NCBI RefSeq assembly: GCF_963921235.1
Contig: NC_086108.1
Location: 63,800,001 to 63,864,000, forward strand
DNA: 64,000 bases
Source: Mobula hypostoma
Lineage: Eukaryota
Reading direction: 5' to 3'
In this document: positions 1 through 12,608 of the stretch, piece by piece
Layout of the letters: each line of letters begins with the position of its first letter
Position numbering within the stretch: the first letter of the stretch is position 1
Program-made: the position numbers and the translations under genes
Notes under the pieces: model-generated
Databases searched by the model: none
Told to the model about the DNA's origin: nothing
The model's input: the letters and a program-made list of their open reading frames with translations, nothing else

Positions 1-2893
1 TGGTTGAAATGTGTCTATTTCAACACTAGGAGTATTAGAAATAAAGTGGATGAACAGAACATGGATCAGTACGTGGAACTACGATGTTGTGGCCATTACT
101 GAAACTTGGCTGGAGGAAGGGCAGGATTGGCTGATGCAGGTACCGGGGTTTAGGTGTTTTTAAAGGAATAGGATGGGAGGTACAAAAGGGGGGGGGGGGG
201 AGTAGCATTACTGGTCAGCGATAGTATCACGGCTATAGAAAGGGAGGACACTGCAGTGGGAGTGTCCACTGAGTTGTTGTGGGTGGAGGTCAGAAATAGG
301 AAGAGATCAATCACTGTGCTGGGAGTAGTCTATAGGCCCCCCTAAATAGCCCATGGGACACTGAGGAGCAGATAAGCAGGCAGATTTTAGAATGGTGCAG
401 GAAATACAGGGTGGTAGCTATGGGTGATTTCAACTTCCCTCATATTGACTGGCACCTCCTGACTGCAAGGGGGATAGATGGGGCTGAATTTGTCAGGTGT
501 GTTCAAAAAGGATTCCTAACAGTGTGTGGACTGGCCAATGAGAGGAGAGGCCATACTGGATCTAGTTCTGGGTAATGAACCTGGTCAGGTGGCAGACCTC
601 TTGGTGGGGGAGCATTTTGGTGAGATTGACCACAACTCCCTTAGCTTCAGCAAAGCTATGGAAAAGGATAAAAACAGACAAAATGGGAAAGTGCTTAACT
701 GGGGAAGGGCTAACTATGAAGAGATGAGGCAGGAGCTAGTGAGAGTAAATTGGAAACAGATATTCAAGGGTGAAAGCACAGAAGTAATGTGGAGGAAGTT
801 TAGGGACCACATGCCTGGTTCAGGATAGGTTTGTCCCACTGAGACAAGGAAAAAATGGTAGGAAAAGGGAACTGTAGCTGACGAGACCGTGGCTGATGAA
901 ACACGTGAGGCAACTCGTCAAGAGGAAGAAGGAAGCATATGTTAGATTTAAGAAGCAGAAAGCAAGAGGGGATCATGAGAAATATAGGGTAGCCAGGAAG
1001 GAGCTTAAGAAAGGACTTAGGAGAGCTCGAAGGGGGCATGAGAAGGTCTTGGCATGTAGGATTACAGAGAACCCCAAGGCGTTCTATGCGTATGTGAAGA
1101 ACAGAAGGATGACAAGAATGAAGGTGGGGCCACCAAAGGATAAAGAAGGCAACATGTGCCTGGAGGTGGAGGAGGTTGGGGAGGTCCTAAATGAATAATT
1201 TGCTTCAGTATTCACAAGTGAAAAGGACATTGATCAGGGTGATGTAGAAATTGAACAGGTCTGTGTGCTGGACACTGTGGAGATTAAGGAAGAAGAAATG
1301 CTGAGTCTTCCTAAAAACATCAAGATTGCTAAGTCCCCAGGACCGGACGTGATATACCCCAGGTTGCTGTGGGAAGTGAGAGAAGAGATCGCTGGAGCAG
1401 TAGCTATGATCTTTGAATCCTCTTTGGCTGCAGGGGAAGTGCCGGAGGATTGGAGAATGGCAAATGTAGTTCCCTTGTTTAAAAAAGGTAATAGGGAGAA
1501 TCCTGAGAACTACAGACCGGTGAGTCTTACGTCGGTGGTCTGCAATCTATTGGAAAGGATTCTTAAGGATAGGATCTACGAGCATTTGGAGAAGTACAGT
1601 CTACTCAAGGATAGTCAACATGGCTTTGTGAAGGGAAGGCCGTGCCTCACGAGCCTAATTGAGTTTCTTGAAGAGATAACAAAAGAAATTGATGAGGGTA
1701 GGTTTGTAGATGTGGTCTACATGGATTTTAGCAAAGCATTTGACAAGGTCCCCCACGAGAGACCCATCCAGAAAGTCATGCGGCATGGCATCAGTGGAAC
1801 CTTGGCTGTTTGGATAAAAAATTGGCTTACAGGAAGAAAGCAGAGGGTAGTAGTGGAAGGAAAGTATTCTGCTTGGAGGTCGGTGACTAGTGGAGTGCCG
1901 CAAGGATCTGTCCTGGGACCCCTGCTCTTTGTGATTTTTATAAATGACCCAGATGAAGAGGCAGAAGGATGGGTGAGAAAGTTTGCGGATGACGCGAAGA
2001 TTGAAGGAGTTGTGGATGAAGCTGTAGGTTGTCAAAGGTTACAATAGGATATAGGCAGGATGCAGAGTTGGGCAGAAAAGTGGCAGATGGAATTCAATCT
2101 GGATAAGTATGAGGTGATGCATTTTGGAAGGACAAACCAGAAGGCTGAGTATAGGGTTGATAGTCGGTTACTTAAGAGTGTGGATGAACAGAGGGACCTT
2201 ATGGTTCAAATCCATACATCCCTCAAGGTTGCGGCACAGGTTGATAGGATAGTTAAGAAGGTCTATGGGATGCTGGGTTTCATTAATAGGGGGATTGAGT
2301 TCAAGAGTAGAGAGGTTATGTTGCAACTCTACAAATCTCTCGTGAGACCACACAGGGTATTGTGTTCGGTTCTGGTCACCTCATTATAGGAAGGATGTGG
2401 AAGCTATGGAGAGGGTGCAGAGGAGATTTACCAGGATGTGCCCTGGATTGGAAAACAAGTCTTCTGAGGCAAGGTTAGCAGAGCTGGGACTTCTCTCTTT
2501 GGAGCGTAGAAGAATGACAGGGGACTTGATAGAGCTCTACAAGATTATGAGAGGCATAGATAAGGTGGATAGCCAGAACCTGTTTCCCAGGGCATGAATA
2601 GCAAACACCAGAGGGCATGTGTACAAAGTTAAGGGAGGGAAGTTTAGAGGAGACATCAGGGGTAAGTTTTTTACACAGAGGGTTGTGAGTGCCTGGAATG
2701 ACTTGCCAGGGATGGTGGTAGAGGCTGAAACATTAGGGGTATTTAAGATCCTCTTGGACAGGCACATGGATGAAAGAAAAACAGAGGGTTACAGGGTAGT
2801 GTGGGTTTAGTACTTTTTTTTAGGAATATATGGGTCGGCACAACATCGAGGGTTGAAGGGCCCGTACTGTGCTGTAGTATTCTAGTGTCTAGC
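1..2893 (+). mobile_element. CR1-clade LINE, near-complete ORF2 (APE endonuclease + RT), inactivated
   Basis: EN motifs (LKCVYFNTRS, GDFNFP, LDLVLGN), RT motifs (KSPGPD, NYRPVSLTS, DFSKAFDKVPH, GVPQGSVLGP, FADD) and CR1 C-terminus (FFTQRVV). Stops at 1196-1198 and 2045-2047 plus frameshifts. TCTAGTG-like 3' tail at ~2880-2893. Confidence 0.95.
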
Positions 2894-4697
2894 GTCTTCT
2901 AGTATCCTCAGCTTCTCATCACCTTGACTCTGATATGGCACATACTAGGGAGTTCACCTGGGCACTTCACTTCAATTAGTGACTGCACACAGGTCAGTGT
3001 CTTCATTACTGGGTGAGAAAAGTGGAAAGAGGGGCACTTAAGGGGAGGTTCAGTAATATTAATACACACGTGTTTAGAAAAGCATTTAATAAAACATCTG
3101 ATTGATGTAGCTACTGAAATGTACTCTTCATTGAGTTAAACGACATTCAAATTTATAGAGGTATTGCAACCTTTGGATTAGGGCTCATGAGATTCACAGA
3201 GTTAATTTATTCCAGAACATTCAGTTTTGGAGTTTTGCCAAATGTGTCTCTCAGATTCAGTCTACATCAGCACCTGCTCAATTAACCCATGTAGGTACTA
3301 AACAGGCACCCTCTATACAGGAAACCAACTTGTTTTTTCCAGTCACTTACATTTAGGTTTATTATGTGAGAAATTGCCGTTAAATGAGATAAAGATGGAC
3401 TTAATTATTGAAGTAGTTATGCAGGCTTGTGACATGCAAATATGTACATAATACAAGTATTTGGGAATTGTATTGCTTGTCTATCATCTCACAGAAATAA
3501 TAAATTTAATAAAATAGGAATGAACATTATAGGTAAATGATGATGAAGCGAAAAAAATAATAATGGAAAATAAAACCTATCTTTGATTGTAAAATGCTGA
3601 TCATTTAAGGGCCAATTTTAAATTACATGACTTTCATATTGTTCTTTTGTATATGTGGCTGATGAGGGGATGTCCTGTTTAAACTAATTTAACTTAAAAT
3701 ACATGTTCTAAGCTGCTTACAGATTTTTTTCTGTTATTGATTTAAATATATTAGTAGAGTTGGTGAACATATTCTTAAAGTTAGCTAGTTTCTCTGTTAT
3801 CTTCAGTTTGCAAATCTCCAGCTTGGCTTCAACCTCACCCTTGATTATGATTGATAACATAACTATGCCTTTGCTGCTTTAAATTTCTTCTCTTGTTTTA
3901 ATACATTCCATTAGGTCATCTTTCAATTTCCTTCATCCATTTTTATCCACAATGTGTTATTGTCTGCAATTAAACTTCACTTCCTGGAAATCCCTAAACT
4001 GTCCTGAAATTGCCTTTTATTCATTCAAGAAGGGGACATCAGTTCTATGCGACAATCGGCATCCTATCCCTGACAAGGTGTGTCTCAGGTCTCCTGGCTA
4101 ATGTTTATATCCCTTCTCTAGTCAGCATCATATGGCAGTGACTGCATTCTTACTTCATGAACTACTGCAATTACAGCTTGATACCACTAAGTGATTGACT
4201 AGATCAGTTAAGAGTCAATCATGAACTGGAGTTCATGTACAAGATGTAGATAGTTACAGTTCTTTAAGGACCAGTTGATGAACCAGTTGAGTTTTTACAT
4301 CACTTGAGCAATTTTACCAATATATCCAATATACTGATGCATTTCAACAGTCTGCTGGTTTGGCCCTGGTACCATTCTGGTAGAACCCATAAGTACCAAG
4401 GTTTCCAAGTAAGCCTTGTATGTGATAAAATCAGAGAAGTGAATGGGAAATAGGGTCTTGCTATGTTGAGAGATTGCCACTACTGGTTCAAAAGAGGCAC
4501 TCCATCCTTGCATAAATGACCTCTCATAGTCAATCCGTTGCAAAGATAATAAGTAAATTTTGCTCTGGCCCTTTACACATGAAGACAGTAGGAACATAAA
4601 ACAGCGCTCTATACCCATACAAATGGCATCTTTTGTTGTTCCCCCAAGTCCCCCAATGCAGCTCCAGAAAACTAAATATGGCTTCTACTGTGGTAAT

Positions 4698-4855
4698 TAG
4701 AACATAGAACAGTACAGCGTAGTACAGCCCTTCGGCCCACAATGTCATTCCGACCCTTAAACCCTGCCTCCCATATAACCCCCCACCTTAAATTCCTCCA
4801 TATACCTGTCTAGTAGTTTCTTCAACATCACTAGTGTATCTGCCTCCACCACTGA
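4698..4855 (-). mobile_element. CR1 3'-end fragment
   Basis: Its reverse complement matches the 3' end and UTR of the CR1 copy at 59257-59767; TTCTATG-type tail. Confidence 0.85.
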
Positions 4856-6596
4856 TTATTGAGTTAGAGATTTTTTTTGTCATCTATTGACTTTAGTAGG
4901 AACCACTGCATTCTTTTAATCTGATGTTTAACTGTAACTTGTAAAAACATGACAAATAAAAAAATGATGTAATTTTAGAAAAAAGAAAATTATTGACAAA
5001 ACCTATTAATAAACACTTGGCATTCAATAAATTAATTTATTGGAATATTAAAGCAGTAATTATTTGTGTGTGATTCATGTTTTAGGACAATTGTGATTAA
5101 TTTACATTAAAAGCCAATGGATAATGTTATTAATTAAGCAAGTTCACAAACAACCTAAAATAAAAGGGTGTAAAAGAAGAAATCACAAATTAATTTCCTT
5201 TTTTGAACAAAACTGTTATAGGTTTAATAGAACCTAGAGATCTTGATTAGTACTGGAATACATTCGTAGAAAATGAAACATTTGAACTCTCATGATATAC
5301 AAACTCTGAACAGCTGTCACTCTGACAGCTCTTAACTTGAGATAATTTAAAGTATTCTTTTTGTAACACTTTTCATTTTCCGAATTGAATAGGAGGTCTT
5401 TAAGTACTGAGACTCACTTTAGAAGGGAAGTAATTGAGAAAAATAATGCTCCATTTTATGATTACACAACTGCTTTAATTACTTCTAGTTCAGAATGAAT
5501 ATATCTGGTAAGCAAATTGTAGATCTGAAAAATGATCAACACTTCCTGGCATATGTTGGAATCAGAATTAATGCCTGTATTAAGAGATAAATTTGGACTA
5601 AAGTAATGTTTCTAAGTTTCATTTGCGTAACTGCTACACTCACTAATGTATATATCCTGTGTTTATTTTTGTACATATGTGTGAGCATGTGTGACAGAAC
5701 ATTTGTCATTGCAGTTATAAAGAACCTTCGAAAAGATGGTGATAGATTTTCAGGCACTTTCAAAGGAATACTTCTTTTATTCTTAATATCTGGTCTTTAA
5801 GTCATTAAAATATTCAAAACAGAAAGTAGCCTTTTAGCCCAAAGTGTCTGTGTTGGGTCTTTGAATGAGCTATCCAATTAGTTCCCACTTCCCTTCTTGC
5901 TGGCTGTACCATATAAATGTTTTCCTTTCAGATATACAGTACATTCAATACAATTTTCAAAGCCGTACTGGATATGCTTCCAAAATCTTTTCATGCCATG
6001 CACACCCGATCATAACGACTCATTGCTTAAAAACAAGTTGTCCTTAATTCCTCTTTGCTTCTTTTGCCAAATGTTTGTTATTAGGCTTTTTCAAGATTCT
6101 TTTCCTCTCTAAGAGTACATCAAAATTCACCATTTGTTGAATTTCTACATGTATGGCTAGATGGAATGTATTGAAAGCTTTGGGTAGAATTTTTTTTTAA
6201 TATCTGAAGGGATTTTTTTAAAGTAAAATTTAAAAACTGTTTAAAATAGAGCAGTTATATTTTTGAGCTTTAGTCAATAATGTGCTACAAGATGGAACAT
6301 TTAGAACTGAGACATTGATTCCTATAAAAGCTTTAATGACACTTACTCTAAATTGCAATAAATAAAAGCCAATAAGTATATGGAATATTTTAATGAATTG
6401 GTTTAAAAATGAGGAAATAAAGCCATTTTCAAGAATTAATACTGAATTAAATAGTTATTTAAATAGGATCTAATATTTTTTCTGAAAATGTTATAATACA
6501 ATTGATCTGTACCACGCACAGAACTACTCAAATTATATTACCCATAAGGGTTAGATTCTTCAGAACTAATTTATCGGCTGTGAACGTAGTTTGGGA

Positions 6597-6885
6597 TTTT
6601 ATTTATTTATTTATTTGGTAATACCGTGTGGATTAGGCCCTTCCGGTCCTTTGAGCCAGGCTGCCTAGCAACCCCTGATTTAACCCTAGACTAATCACAG
6701 GACAATTTACAATGACTGATTAATCTCCTAACTGGCACATCTTTGCACTGTGGGAGGAAACCAGAGCATCTAGAGAAAACCCATGCATTCCAAGGGGAGG
6801 ATGTACTTACTCCTTACAGCTGACATCAGAATTAAAGTCCGAACTCTGATGCTCCGAGCTGTAATAGGGGTGTGCTGACCGCAAC
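6597..6885 (-). mobile_element. V-SINE (HE1-like tRNA-derived SINE)
   Basis: Reverse complement of the V-domain (…ggtttcctcccacagtgcaaagatgt…) and a (TAAA)n tail at 6597-6617; homologous to 57711-57975. Confidence 0.8.
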
Positions 6886-6992
6886 TCTATTATTGTCATG
6901 AGATGTAAAAGTTTACTTAAAGAATTTGAAATTTAAATTAATCAGTTTGCTTTAGTTGAGTCAGGGTCTTTATCCAAATGATATCCACATAC

Positions 6993-7407
6993 CTGTATAT
7001 TGAATACAACAGGCTCCTCTCTCATCTGGCCATTGACTAAAAACCCGTGATTGGTTCCATCAGACGCCATGAATGTAAAGTGATCTAGCTCAGAGGGCCC
7101 AGTTTTGTGCTTGTATGAAATGTCCAAATTATTCACATCCAGCTGTGTGAAGTGACCCTGGGAAAGAATATTCCTCCTCAAGTATAGATTGCCATACTGA
7201 GGAGGTTGTATAACAATGTAAGTTAAATTTATCAAGGGTGTGTCGGGATCTGAAAGTTGAAGGCTATCAGGAGGGATGACCATCATGGCTCCATCTTGTA
7301 AATGGAGTCCTTTGTTAATAACCAGAGTAGGCAGGACACGGTCAGTGCGTTCAATGTTAAACTTCATGGAGCTGTTTTTAACAGTCATTCCATTGCTGAC
7401 AAAAAAT
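6993..7407 (-). CDS. FREM1: FREM1-type exon (415 nt, phase 2 to 0): (R)FFVSNG…LQLSDPDTP…EEPVVFNIQ
   Basis: cacag| acceptor and |gtatgt donor. CSPG-repeat peptide recognisably homologous to FREM1; in phase with the preceding exon. Confidence 0.93.
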
Positions 7408-8826
7408 CTGTGGAAAAGAAGAGTTTGAATGAGAGAAGCTTTTAACTCTACCATAAGATAACAACATCTGTTAGGAGTTCTCATTTTTTAGTATAATTAT
7501 CCCAATCAATCGTGATGAAAAGGTTTTCACTTTAAATTCAAATGTCTGTGCCAAGGATAGTCATTTTGTTAATCATCTGCATCCATCATCTGTGGATGTT
7601 CTTTAGACATTGTTCCCCTTGCTCACAAATAGAAGTACACATCTTTCTTTACGACCAAGGCGTAACACAGTCTCATTGTTGATAACAGGATTATTCCGTA
7701 ATCTTTTAGACATTTTGATGCAGGTCGCTTTGAAATTTAAAATAAAAAGCATATTCTGTGTACTCGTTGTATCAATGTGTTTTTATATAAAAATGAATTA
7801 TTCTCTATCTCTTGCACCCAGCCTGTGTCTGTCAGAATTGATCAGTGCTCCAACAAGCCCTAATAAGATTTTTTTTTTGCATCTCTTTTCAAGCTTTAGA
7901 ATCTGTCACAATTGGTATTAATCTAATCTGAAAGAGAATTGTCAAGTGTTGGTGCATGAACAGGCCTTGACAGTTTGTCTTTCTGCAAAGTACAGACAGA
8001 TTGCGAGTTAGGAGCTGCCGAACAGATGGACAAGTTAGGAGTCGCACAATAAAAAGTAATTTAATAAATCACCTGGAGCCAGATCACTTCCAAATGCTGA
8101 GGATGAATTATAGCAAAGCTGATAGGGAGCTGGGCTTTGGCACCAGATTATGCCAGAAGGTACCAGCTATAAAAAGTGATAAACATTCATGAAAAACATC
8201 TATTCCATCATAGTCAAAGACTGGGGGCCCGCACAGGCCACTATAGTCTAAAAAAACAACTTACTTTTTATGATAAAATAGATATTATATTGTAATATTT
8301 GTATATATTGAATTATTATCCACAAATTAGATTTCCATAATTACAGTTAATGAACTAGGCATAATTAACACAATTGTTCCCCTATAGAAAGCAATTAAAT
8401 ACTACCATAGTATTACACATAGATACAAGTTCATACCCTGTATGCCCTATGAACTCTCAGTGGTTAGTCATCCCTGACAAACATATTCTGTTTGACTAAC
8501 TTTATAGCATTGCAAATTACATTTGTGTTATTTCAAAAGACAATTTGAGAAGCTTTTGGAAGGGCAATTGTAATTTACTGTAGGACTGAAAAATGACAAC
8601 AAAATTTAAAAAAAGTAATTGTCTTAAGCATTGTTCTTATGCACATTTTCATTTTATGACACTCATTGCATTTAGCTAAGGATATGAATTTTTGAAATCT
8701 ATTCTTGTTATTAAACATCACTGACTCAAAAGAATCATAAATCTTCAGTTATGATCAGCATTTTCTGCTTTAAATTATACTGTTCTTGTTAGGAGAGCCA
8801 GATTATAACAGAATAGGCCTCCTCAC

Positions 8827-9091
8827 CTGAATTCGTCCGTGTTGGCATCACGACTGTTGTCATGGTTGTAGCAGACCTTCTGGGCTGCTACCTCCAACTG
8901 GCTAAAACTGGAAATGGCCAATCCTGGATAATTGATGTACTCGATCTGACCATGTGCAGGTGGCACAGAGATGGCATACAACAGCTCTTTGGGTTTGCCA
9001 GTGCCATCTGTTGCCATGAGAACATCTGTCGTCAAGGTGACCCTGTCACCCTCTGTTAAAGTTACAGGTTTGGTGAGTACAACAATATCAC
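8827..9091 (-). CDS. FREM1: FREM1-type exon (265 nt, phase 1 to 2): GDIVVLTKP…GQIEYINYPG…DEF(R)
   Basis: ctatag| acceptor with a pyrimidine tract and |gtgagg donor; CSPG-repeat peptide. Confidence 0.93.
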
Positions 9092-12000
9092 CTATAGAAT
9101 TAAAAACAGGGAAAGGAAGGGAGAAAAGAGAAAGCAAAATTCATATATTGTTGACCACGAACAAAGCCTCAGCTGTGTTAGTGATGAATTAGCTTAATTT
9201 AATTGGTAAAATGCAGCTCTCCTCTTTCATTTGGAGGTGGCTTTGATTTTATGAACTCCCTAATGTCAGCACGATGCAGCAGATTGAGTAAATGTTCAGG
9301 ATTTACAGTATGCAGATGGCACTCCTCATTCTCACCAGTTGTGACTGTGAATGTTCGTCAGAAAACAGTGCCAGGCTCAGCCTCCAGAGAGACGGTTACT
9401 TCCATTTCTCTCATACCAATCACTTGCTGGCAGCTCTGCTGTTCTGCAGAAGCTGAACCCAGTTCTCTAAGTTGACTGACACCATTTCAGGCAAATTTAC
9501 CAGATTTTCTAAACTTGCGGCCATCAATCATGAAGATACTCAGCTTACGATATGAAAAGATATATTAAATGATTATATTCACCTCATAAATTTTGACGGT
9601 GTACAACAGAACCATTAAAAGTGGAAGATCAAAAAGGATATTCAGTGTCAAGCAGCTTGATATGACATCACTTTCTGAGGGTTCTCTTACCGTAGGCTTC
9701 ACATTAAAGGTGAACACATGGGTTCTGTACACTGCTTCCAGCTGGTGCTCCACAGAGCACAGCCAATTTGCAATGTATGAAAAAAAATCAATATGCCACA
9801 CAGTTGGGCTAAACTCTTATTTCTGATGTGCCATTGAGGGCTCCTACAGTGCTTTTCAATGAATTAGACTTGAAATAATGTTACCATTAGGTTCCAAGGC
9901 ATGTCTTAGAGAGCAACAAAAATATTGCAGATGTTCAAAACAGATTTGCATGCAGAATATTTTATTCCCCATGTTATTATATGTTATCCTAAGGGTTTCC
10001 ATAGAATTAGATTATATTATTATTTCATTTGATAGATAATTGGGTTTTCCAGCAAATATGCTATTTTTGTGCCTGATTAACGAGCAGTTCAGCGTACAAA
10101 AATCAGAATGAAGTAGAGGTGAAAAGATATATATATATATATAAACCTGCAATGAAATGTGTTAGGAACAAAGAGCAGTTCAAGCTGATGGGTGTGATCT
10201 CTGATGAGTTCTGGCAAAGGCATAAATTTATTGTCCTTTTGGAACTGCTGAATTTTAAGACAAGTGCTGGTAATTCTGATTATTTTTGCCTTTAGCTTGT
10301 GTGTTTGCTATATTTAATATATTATTGAGTGAAGTTCTCTTTTCAGTTAATGTATGATTAATGGCTGGCTTGTGCCAGCAGTGGTAATTTATGCATACTC
10401 CAGACAATGGTGTTTTCAGATGTTGGCTCCAGTTCCCTCAATGGCAATGGATTTTCATTATCAAGCGCATCAGTAATTTTGTTTTTTTTTATTCAAATGC
10501 TATGAGGAAAATACCTCATTTGGTTATAGTTGAGATGACAGCACTTGGCGATAAGCAGTTTAATTCCACTTCAGCTGTCTTCTACAGAGAATACTGTACC
10601 TGTCAGAAGCACTTGACAAGACGTCTTCATAAAATAATAAACCAATTTCTTTATCTGGTGATCAACAATGGTAGCACATTTTCTGTATTAATTAAAATTA
10701 ATGAAACTTGATGTATGATCTTTGTCAATTAATACACATTGGCACTAAAATTAAAGCTTTTATTTGAGGGGTAACACAATGGATATTTTATTATTCTTAA
10801 TTAAATATCTACCAGTTAGTTAAACTTTTACTGATTATTTAATTTTGACAAGAATGGTGATCAATGCTGAAAATGTTTGAATACTGCAAGGCTAGAATTC
10901 AATAGTTTCGGCCCGTTGCTTCCAATGCAGGCTACATGCCAAATTTGTGCTGCATGCTTATTTGCATGATAGCAGTGTGCAGCCAGTGCTATTCATTAGT
11001 TGGACATCTAAACAAGAGGGCAATATCGCATATCTAGCTCTATTTAACACTATCCTGTACGATTTAAAGTCAACGATCACCACTTAAAAATGAGGTGCAC
11101 TGCTACTGCAGTGAGTGACGGCTGTCACTCAAGAACTCATTCTCACCTCAGAGTCAGCCCTGGATTGAGATCTCCAAAGTTCTCTTACATTGCATTGCAG
11201 GTTTTGGTGAAGGACACATGGAGAAAAAGATAATAACCCCTGCAAATATATTCTGTAAAGGTGGTGTGAGCAAATTGAAAATAGTGGTTATTACCCAAGA
11301 GCAAAAGCAATGGCAGATAATATAGGGCCAGATTTTGCAAGCCTGTCTACAGTACACCAACATCCATACTTACTTAGTCGAGACACAGACAAAGGGATAA
11401 GCTCATTGGCTTCTGTAGAGACAGAGTCCAAAGAACTGATGCAAGCTATAAAACAGCCTTCAACAACGCAATCAGTACAGGCCCAGTGGCGTTGTCAGCT
11501 GTAAATGCTCTTTACTAAATTTAAACATTTTTGATATTCAAAGATAACTTAAAAATTGAATAACTAATGTGGAAAATTTAAAAATGTTTGACTTTTTAAA
11601 TAATGTAATTAAAAGAAGTATAACTGATGAAAAATATTTATAGATATTGAAATGAATTATAATTTATTTTCTGCTTTCTCCTTGCAATCCTATTGAAATT
11701 AGTGGGACCATCCTTTCTGTGCCACAACCTTAAGGATATAGCTGAGAAATTCGAGCCAAACTACTCTCTGCTGCAAAGCAAACCAGCAGTTATGTCCTCC
11801 AAATAAATCAGAAATCTTGCATTTTTGAAATTGATAGTGGATATGTTTGAATTTGCTACTTAAACTGTTAAATGTTTGGAATTTCATTTGTCTTTCCTGG
11901 GAATATCCAACAGGATTCACCCTAAAACCTTCATGGCTAACCATCCATTTCAATTTATAAGCTGTACAGAGTGTGACCATGCACTTCTTACTTAGGGCCT

Positions 12001-12121
12001 ACTGCTCAAGCTTGCATCTGTTCTTTGCCATTAAAAGTCCTAAGAAATAGAACCTGGCCTGTTGAGTCCCCAACATTTGAGGGACATGGTTTGATTCAGA
12101 ATGTCAAAGGGTCAAGGAGCT

Positions 12122-12608
12122 GGTTCACCAGATTGATTCCTGGGATGGCAGGACTTTCATATGATGAAAGACTGGATTGACTAGGTTTATACTTGCTGGA
12201 ACTTAGCAGATTGAGGGGGGATCTTATTGAAACATATAAAATTCTAAAGGGATTGGACAGGCTAGATGCAGAAAGATTGTTCCCGATGTTGGGGAAGTCC
12301 AGAACGAGGGGTCACAGTTTAAGGATAAAGGGGAAGCCTTTTAGGACCGAGATGAGGAAAAACTTCTTCACACAGAGAGTGGTGAATCTGTGGAATTCTC
12401 TGCCACAGGAAACAGTTGAGGCCAGTTCATTGGCTATATTTAAGAGGGAGTTAGATATGGCCCTTGTGGCTAAAGGGATCAGGGGGTATGGAGAGAAGGC
12501 AAGTACAGGGTTCTGAGTTGGATGATCAGCCATGATCATACTGAATGGTGGTGCAGGCTCGAAGGGCTGAATGGCCTACTTCTGCACCTATTTTCTATGT
12601 TTCTATGT
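12122..12608 (+). mobile_element. CR1 3' fragment, young subfamily
   Basis: ORF2 C-terminus (…FFTQRVVNLWNSLP…) and (TTTCTATG)n tail; highly similar to the copies at 36712-37064, 37904-38878 and 47117-49485. Confidence 0.95.

Noticed and set aside
188..200. G13 homopolymer
   Set aside because: Slippage expansion within the CR1 endonuclease GGGVA codons; no independent meaning.
2900..6590. Searched for the next FREM1 exon downstream of 6993
   Set aside because: No minus-strand CSPG-like frame with splice sites was recognised; the exon probably lies beyond the window.
8862..9192. Plus-strand ORFs overlapping a FREM1 exon (likewise 24096-24353, 53277-53501, 58002-58226)
   Set aside because: Antisense shadows of real exons with no recognisable protein.
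12312..12539. Recurrent 'MIMADHPTQNP…' ORFs at five places, resembling a gene family
   Set aside because: They are the antisense frame of the CR1 3' end.
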